Below, piece after piece: positions 57,959 to 64,000 of a stretch of DNA of 64,000 bases; the first letter of the stretch is position 1; each line of letters opens with the position of its first letter. A program made the translations under genes and the position numbers. Below the pieces are notes generated by a model. The model had not been told where the DNA came from. It did no database searches and was given only the letters and a program-made list of their open reading frames with translations. This DNA comes from Candidatus Latescibacterota bacterium (GTDB taxonomy: Bacteria > Latescibacterota > UBA2968 > GCA-2709665): contig OZ244744.1 in the NCBI GenBank assembly GCA_965219455.1, forward strand, positions 2,880,001 through 2,944,000. Reading direction: 5' to 3'.

Positions 57959-58663
57959 CTACGGCGCCGGCGTGGACGGCGGAAGGATAACCGCCACGGC
58001 GTCCGCGGTCTGCTCGACGCGATCGAACAGGTCAACCGCCTGTCGCCTGTTCATCTGAAAGTCGACCGTGACCGCTGCCGTGGGAAGGAATGCGCCCTGC
58101 GCAAACACGGTCAGGCGCTTATCGTTCATGGGATTCCAGATCTCAACGACCCTGCCGTCGAACTCACTCCCGAAGGCGACGTAGGCCACGTTACTTCGAG
58201 GTCTGTTTCCGCTGGGAACGCCCACGCGGACCTCTTTGCCAATATACTGAAAGGGAGGTTGCAGTTCACGCACCCGGCCGCGAAGATCGGCAATCAGAGG
58301 ATTTTCCGCAATCGCGCCCTCCAGGCGGGTTTTCCGCTCATCCAGTGTTTCGCCGTTTCCATGTGTTGTCGCGTCCGGCATCGCATCGCCGAGGCGACCG
58401 GCCAATCTGCTGTCCCGGTAGTGAAAGACGTCCTTCTCTTTCAACCATCCGAGCGTCGCTTCTCTGGCGAAATCCTTGCTCCAGATCGAATCAAGGACCG
58501 CGTCGTGCGCCACCATTTTGTCCTCGATCCGCATCTGAATGGAATTCTCGGCATCGTAGTTGATGGCGACATTAATAGGCGCGATGTACGCGATGTACGC
58601 CAGGTACGCGCACGCCGCCGCCAACAGGACCTCGACTACGGTACGTATGTTCGAACTTGCCAT
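57959..58663 (-). CDS. Hypothetical membrane-anchored protein
   Basis: RBS GAGGAGGG upstream on the minus strand; single N-terminal hydrophobic helix; no family recognised. Confidence 0.6.
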   Translation of the reverse strand: MASSNIRTVVEVLLAAACAYLAYIAYIAPINVAINYDAENSIQMRIEDKMVAHDAVLDSIWSKDFAREATLGWLKEKDVFHYRDSRLAGRLGDAMPDATTHGNGETLDERKTRLEGAIAENPLIADLRGRVRELQPPFQYIGKEVRVGVPSGNRPRSNVAYVAFGSEFDGRVVEIWNPMNDKRLTVFAQGAFLPTAAVTVDFQMNRRQAVDLFDRVEQTADAVAVILPPSTPAP

Positions 58664-58974
58664 CTCTTCCCTCCTCGTATCGACGGTTCACTGCCGATTC
58701 AGACGACCGTGGTTTCGTCGCTTGCAAACCAGTGCCCCGTCCCGTAAATATCTCACCATTCTGCCGCCTGCCTCGCATGCTTCAGCAGGCAGGCCGATTC
58801 ATCCCGTCTCGTCGACCGAATTTAGGCAACCTATTTCCGGGACAGAACACCAGATCCTGCGGGCAGCGCCAGGAGCAACCGTATTCGTTCGTGTTTCCGC
58901 ACCTTTCTCCGACGGACATCCGCCAGTCGATATATTAAATCCGATGGTTCGCCAGCGTTCGACCTGAGGTACGT

Positions 58975-59835
58975 TTATTTTCTGCCTGTATACGCCCGCC
59001 CCACCTTCGCCACAGCCTCCCCGCCTCCGGAGCAGATCATCACGCCCTCGTCAATCATCTCCGTGACGTTTCCCGTATTCGCACCGTTCAGAAAGAACAG
59101 ACCGGCGTCCTTGCAGGCAGCCATCACGCGGGCGCGGGCAGCCCCCATTTCAGGCGGATAGGGCGGGTCGTGCCGGTCGGCGTGTCCCAGCGACATCCCC
59201 ATATCCCCGGGTCCCCACTCGCCGAAGACGAGCCCCTGCACCTGCGCCGTCGCCTCCGCGTTGGCCAGCGCGCGTTTGTTCTCGATTTTCACGCCGAGCA
59301 TCAACTCCCCGGCCGGATTCAGCGGCCACGGATCGGCTTTCTCCAGGTACTCGTTCACTGGTAAGCCCCATAACTGCGCGGCCCAGCCCTGCCCCCCGGC
59401 GCCGCGCCGGCCATCACCATGCCCCGCCGCCGGCTTCCGGAACGGATACCTGCAACTCTCCACAAAGGCCCGGACGCCCTCCGGGTCATCGGCATGGCAC
59501 AGGAGAATCCCGTGCACGCCTCGGGCCAGCGCCTGCTTGAACATCCAGGCATTCGCGCGAACCGCGGCTTCACTCGACCCCTCCACCGGCAGATCCACGA
59601 TGACGGCCGGCGTCCGGTGCCCGCTGGCCGCGGGACCGCCGTCGACCAGTCCGCGCATGAACTCGGCGAGCCCGCGCATATCGAACGCCCCGTGCTCCAT
59701 ACTGACGTTGATATAGTCGGCCCAGGTCCCGGCCATCTCCCGGCCCACGTCGTACGACACTTCGGAGACGCCGACATAGTAAATCGGCTGTCCCTGTTCC
59801 AGCAGCTCGATCGCTTTGTTGATCCGTTTCGGCAT
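58975..59835 (-). CDS. HpcH/HpaI aldolase/citrate lyase family protein
   Basis: MEHGAFD, LARGVHGILLCH, RYP, GRRGAG, KIEN, EWGPGDMGMSLG; start MPKRINK at 59835. Confidence 0.82.
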   Translation of the reverse strand: MPKRINKAIELLEQGQPIYYVGVSEVSYDVGREMAGTWADYINVSMEHGAFDMRGLAEFMRGLVDGGPAASGHRTPAVIVDLPVEGSSEAAVRANAWMFKQALARGVHGILLCHADDPEGVRAFVESCRYPFRKPAAGHGDGRRGAGGQGWAAQLWGLPVNEYLEKADPWPLNPAGELMLGVKIENKRALANAEATAQVQGLVFGEWGPGDMGMSLGHADRHDPPYPPEMGAARARVMAACKDAGLFFLNGANTGNVTEMIDEGVMICSGGGEAVAKVGRAYTGRK

Positions 59836-60141
59836 GTTGCACCCCGCATATGAGGAGATAGACTCAACGTACCGCGCCAAAATAAAGCGGGTTCCCTGAA
59901 AAATCAACGGTTCACCGGGCCGCCTTCCGTGGTCTCCGACCATGTACAGGCGACCGTCAGGTTTCACGTCGGCCCTGAACGATGACTCCAAAGGACGTAC
60001 GGGATCCATCTTGACGGCGTCACGACGCGCTCGTATCTTTACGTTCGACGTGCGGCGGATCAGGGACAGGCCTTCTCAGGTCGTCCTCCATAAGCCTTGA
60101 ACCTTATGCCGCAGGAACCTCTACATCTACAGGGAGAAGCC

Positions 60142-61155
60142 ATGCTTGGCGTTGCAATCCAGGGCGCGGGAAACGTCTCCACCGAACACATAAGAGCCTA
60201 CCTGAACAACCCTGACACCCGGGTGGTCGCCGTCGGAAGCCGGACACTGGAAAGCGCCCAAAAAAAAGCGGTTGAACTGGGCCTTGAATGCGACCTGTAC
60301 GATAACTACGACAGGCTTCTCGAACATCCGGAAGTCGACGTCGTTTCCATCTGTACCCCGCCGGACCGCCACGCCGGGGAAGCCATTGCCGCCGCCCGTG
60401 CCGGCAAACACCTGCTGATCGAGAAACCGGTGGCCACCAACCCCGACGAACTGGATGCGATGCACCGGGCCGTCAAAAGTGCAGGCGTGAAAACGGTCGT
60501 CGGCTTCGTGCTTCGGTGGAACCCCCTCATCATTTCCGTCAAACGGGCTATCGAGAAGGGCTGGGTCGGCGTCCCTCTGTATATTCAGGCGGACTACTGG
60601 CACGGACCCACCAACGCGCGTCCCGAAAAATTCAGCCGCGCCGGCTGGGCCCCGTTCGTCAACGGCGCCATTGTGCACGGCGGCTGCCATGCCCTGGACG
60701 CCGCCCGTTACATCCTGAACAACGACATGGTCACCCGGGTAACGGGCGTTTCTCCGCGCCATCGCACCCATTCGGAGGACTACCGCTCCACAACCGTCGC
60801 AACGGTGGAATTCGCGGGGGGCGCCGCCGGAAAAATCTCGGGTTCCACGGCCTTTTTCATGCCCTATGTCTTCAACCTGGAGGTCTTTGGCACGGAGGGC
60901 GTGATCCGAAACAATCAGTTCTACACCCGGCAGCTATCCGGCCAGGACGCCTTCGGTAGTTTTCCCGCGGTAATGCCCGACAGCGGCGCCGTTGCCCACC
61001 ATCCTTTCCAGGAAATGATCGACCACCTTGTTGAATGTATCCTCGACGACGTCGAATCCCACAACAGTCTCGCCGTAGCCGTCAACACCCACGCCGCATG
61101 TTTTGCCGCTGAAGAATCGGCCGAAAACGGCTCCATAACGATCCAGTTGCAATGA
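60142..61155 (+). CDS. Gfo/Idh/MocA family oxidoreductase
   Basis: GAGNVS Rossmann motif, DVVSICTP..H, GKHLLIEKP, GCHALD. Confidence 0.9.
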   Translation: MLGVAIQGAGNVSTEHIRAYLNNPDTRVVAVGSRTLESAQKKAVELGLECDLYDNYDRLLEHPEVDVVSICTPPDRHAGEAIAAARAGKHLLIEKPVATNPDELDAMHRAVKSAGVKTVVGFVLRWNPLIISVKRAIEKGWVGVPLYIQADYWHGPTNARPEKFSRAGWAPFVNGAIVHGGCHALDAARYILNNDMVTRVTGVSPRHRTHSEDYRSTTVATVEFAGGAAGKISGSTAFFMPYVFNLEVFGTEGVIRNNQFYTRQLSGQDAFGSFPAVMPDSGAVAHHPFQEMIDHLVECILDDVESHNSLAVAVNTHAACFAAEESAENGSITIQLQ

Positions 61156-61213
61156 GAAACCGCCGCGGCGGCGAACGGAAAATGAACCTTTCGGTTACAA
61201 TGAAGGGGCCAAA

Positions 61214-62212
61214 ATGGCGGAAGAACCTCTAAAAGTCGCGCTCGCGGGATGCGGCGGGTTGGGCCGCGCCCACGCCAGAAACCTAGAGGCAATGGAGGGT
61301 GCGCGGCTTGTCGCCGTCTGCGACGTGGTATCGGAATCGGCCGCGCAGCTTGCCGCGCAAATGGATTCCAGCCCGAAGCCCTACGCGGATCATCGGGCTA
61401 TGCTGGAGGCGGAGAAACCGGACGCCGTGCTGGTTGTCACGCCCAATCACACCCACAGCCGCATCAGTACAGACGCGGCGCTGGCGGGCGCCCATGTGTT
61501 CTGCGAAAAACCAATGGCGCTGACCGTTGAAGACTGCGATTCGATGATCCTCGCCGCAAAACAGTCGGACGTTTTCCTGATGATAGGCTATGTGCGCCGG
61601 TTTCAGGCCGCTTACCGGGAACTCAAACGCCGGGTGGACCGGGGAGACGTGGGTGAAATTACCCTCGCGCACGCCGTACGCCTTGGCACTGGCGCGCCGG
61701 GCGGCGTCGGCGGATGGCAGACGCGGAAGGAACACTACGGCGGTATGTTTTCCATGTACAGCCACGAACTGGACCAACTCGCCTGGCTTGCCGGTGAAAT
61801 CCGCGCCGTCAATGCGGTTATGAAATATGGAGAGGACCCGCGAAACGAAATTGAAGAAAGCATCTTCATCGGCATCGAATTCGCCTCGGGCGCCATCGGC
61901 TCTTTAAGCAGCAGCCGCGTCTACCCGGTTAACAGCTACGAACTCGGCGTTGCCGGAACGGGGGGTGCGCTCAAGCTCAACGTCTCGGACGGCCCCATCC
62001 TATTCGCCCGGCACGGCGAGAAGTCCATCGCCATAGAGGTATCCCGGAACAACGGCCTGACGGACGAGATCGCTCACTTCATCGGTTGTATTCAGAGGGG
62101 CGAAGCGCCGAAATCCGACGGGAGGGACGGACGGCGTGTTGTCGCCGCGGCCGCGGCCGCGCACGAATCCGCCCGGACCGGGAAGCGAGTCGAAGTTTCG
62201 ATTATGACGTGA
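61214..62212 (+). CDS. Gfo/Idh/MocA family oxidoreductase
   Basis: GCGGLG, VVTPNHTH, HVFCEKPMA, SHELD. Confidence 0.9.
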   Translation: MAEEPLKVALAGCGGLGRAHARNLEAMEGARLVAVCDVVSESAAQLAAQMDSSPKPYADHRAMLEAEKPDAVLVVTPNHTHSRISTDAALAGAHVFCEKPMALTVEDCDSMILAAKQSDVFLMIGYVRRFQAAYRELKRRVDRGDVGEITLAHAVRLGTGAPGGVGGWQTRKEHYGGMFSMYSHELDQLAWLAGEIRAVNAVMKYGEDPRNEIEESIFIGIEFASGAIGSLSSSRVYPVNSYELGVAGTGGALKLNVSDGPILFARHGEKSIAIEVSRNNGLTDEIAHFIGCIQRGEAPKSDGRDGRRVVAAAAAAHESARTGKRVEVSIMT

Positions 62213-62253
62213 TAAACGACCCTTGGAACGGGTTCCCTTTCGAGGAATCCCTC

Positions 62254-63990
62254 TTATCGCTCCGTGGGGCGCATATCCTGCAGAACAAGCTGCACCTGCG
62301 TCCGTCCGTTCCAGGTGTTGGCCTCCAGAGCGCAGGCAACGTCCATGCGATCGCCCCGGCGGAGCCGACCGGCCAATTCGCCCTGTCCCCACCAGACCGC
62401 GTCACATATCCGCGGGCTCGACGGCGTTGAGTCGCCCGCCCGGGCGGCGGACGACCCCGTGTCCAAATTCATTTTAAGGTGCGCCCCTTTCCCAACCGCA
62501 ATGGCGCGTTCAATCGTACAGTCTTGCACCATAAACAGCGGCGCCTCGTTTCCGGGACCGAACGGCGACAGTGCAGACAGCGCCGAGACCATATCCAGTG
62601 AAATTTCCACTGGCCGAAGCGCGGCATCCAGTTCCAGCCGGGTTTTCATATCCCCATCCGAAATCCGCTCCGCCGCATCGGCCTCCAACCGGACCCTGAA
62701 CGCTTCATAATGCCCGAGGGGACCGGTAAAGCCGGCCGCATCGGCGTGCCCGCCGTACTCGGTCAGCAGGTCAGCACAGCGAAAGATAGCCTCCGCTATA
62801 TTGTAGCCTGCCGCGGAACGCGCCGACCCCGTAAAACTTCCATCCCCGCGAACCTCTGTACAGGCGATGCCAGGCCTGCCGTACTGCTCCGCCAGGCGAC
62901 CCGCGATCAACCCCACCACGCCCAGGTGCCAGCTTTCGCCTTTAGCAACCAGAATCCGGTTTTGGCCCAGCCCCATCGATTCCACCTGCTCCACCGCCTG
63001 TTTTACGCCTGCAAGCTGGAGCTGTCGCCGCTGTCGGTTGAGCGCGTTCAACCGCTCCGCCAGGCGGGCCGCCTCGTTCGCCTCCGCGGTGCGCAGCAGG
63101 TCCAGCGCCAGGTCCGCGGAGGCCAGCCGCCCGGCGCTGTTGATGCGCGGCCCCAGGAAGTATCCGATCGCCGTTGTATCCACGGGCCGGGTATCGGCGC
63201 CGGCTACCGCTTTCAGGGCCTGGAGCCCCGGACGCTGCGTCCGATCCAGAATCTGCAGTCCCCTGCGGGTGAGCAACCGGTTCTCACCCAGCATGGGCGC
63301 GACGTCCGCCACCGTTCCCAGAGCAACCAGATCCAGCAGCGAATTCAGATAAGCCCTGCGTTCCGATGCCTCGACCAGTGTATCCGAAAGGGCCTGCACC
63401 GCCTTGAACGCCACACCCACGGCCGCAAGTCCCTTAAACGCATAGCCGCAATCCGGGCGGTTGGGATTGACGACGGCCAGCGCGTCGGGCAGCCGACCCT
63501 GAGGCTCGTGATGATCGGTGACCAACACGTCGATGCCGGCCGCATTCGCCGCCTCAACCGCCTCAAACGAGGAAATGCCGTTGTCCGCCGTCACGATCAG
63601 CCCCGCGCCCGCGTCGATCGCTCGCTGGACGCCAGGTGGTTTCATCCCGTATCCGTCCCGGTAACGGTCCGGCAGGATGGCCACGGCATCCGCTCCCACC
63701 CTGTCCAGAAAATCCATCAATACGGCCGTACTCGTCACCCCGTCCACGTCATAGTCGCCAAATACGACGATGCGCTCGCCCGAGCGAACCGCCTTCACAA
63801 TCCGCTCCGTGAGGCAGTCCATGTCCTTCATGGAAAACGGGTCCTGAAGGTTTTCGGGAGAATCCGCGATATCGTCGGCCGTCAAACTGCGGTTTGCCAT
63901 CACCACGTCCACGAGCGGCTCGGCCGAACCGTCCGCGCTGGAATCTGAATCCCTCGTATGCCTGAGCGTCCAGATTGGGTATTTTTGCAT
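62254..63990 (-). CDS. recJ: Single-stranded-DNA-specific exonuclease RecJ
   Basis: GDYDVDGVTS, DGYG, TADNGI, TDHH, ALGTVADV, PRINSAGRL, GSARS, GGHADAAG, PFGPGN. Confidence 0.95.
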   Translation of the reverse strand: MQKYPIWTLRHTRDSDSSADGSAEPLVDVVMANRSLTADDIADSPENLQDPFSMKDMDCLTERIVKAVRSGERIVVFGDYDVDGVTSTAVLMDFLDRVGADAVAILPDRYRDGYGMKPPGVQRAIDAGAGLIVTADNGISSFEAVEAANAAGIDVLVTDHHEPQGRLPDALAVVNPNRPDCGYAFKGLAAVGVAFKAVQALSDTLVEASERRAYLNSLLDLVALGTVADVAPMLGENRLLTRRGLQILDRTQRPGLQALKAVAGADTRPVDTTAIGYFLGPRINSAGRLASADLALDLLRTAEANEAARLAERLNALNRQRRQLQLAGVKQAVEQVESMGLGQNRILVAKGESWHLGVVGLIAGRLAEQYGRPGIACTEVRGDGSFTGSARSAAGYNIAEAIFRCADLLTEYGGHADAAGFTGPLGHYEAFRVRLEADAAERISDGDMKTRLELDAALRPVEISLDMVSALSALSPFGPGNEAPLFMVQDCTIERAIAVGKGAHLKMNLDTGSSAARAGDSTPSSPRICDAVWWGQGELAGRLRRGDRMDVACALEANTWNGRTQVQLVLQDMRPTER

Positions 63991-64000
63991 CGATGCCTCA

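Noticed and set aside
528-63948. Numerous long antisense or alternate-frame ORFs (e.g. 528-1646, 3549-4550, 25219-26295, 34843-35991, 62710-63948)
   Set aside because: They are shadows of well-supported genes in GC-rich DNA with no recognisable motifs.

Overview
GC-rich bacterial window; the dockerin/EF-hand-like DFDxNGxVDFxDF domains suggest Latescibacterota or a relative (inference). It is dominated by a ~57 kb, almost entirely plus-strand cluster of paralogous predicted exported proteins. At the head is a 1641-aa Ser/Thr kinase-STAND ATPase-TPR-GAF-sigma54 activator fusion, followed by palindromic candidate enhancer sites and a near-consensus sigma54 (-24/-12) promoter. Downstream are nine TPR-GWxTD-domain proteins in three subfamilies (one frameshifted), three dockerin-like/FGE-sulfatase (C-type-lectin-fold) proteins lacking catalytic cysteines, seven Kelch-repeat lipoproteins with hypervariable loops, an alkaline-phosphatase-family enzyme and a TlpA thiol oxidoreductase. 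The paralogues are patchwork mosaics, and the spacers are full of REP-like palindromic repeats, including a 28-bp element with both filled and empty sites. A 45-51 kb insert carries an alpha/alpha-barrel+FN3 protein, a HigBA-type toxin-antitoxin pair, an XRE regulator preceded by two direct-repeat arrays, an intact IS1380-family element and a low-GC exported protein. The window ends with an HpcH-type aldolase, two Gfo/Idh/MocA oxidoreductases and recJ. All family assignments come from motif recognition by eye; no database searches were run.
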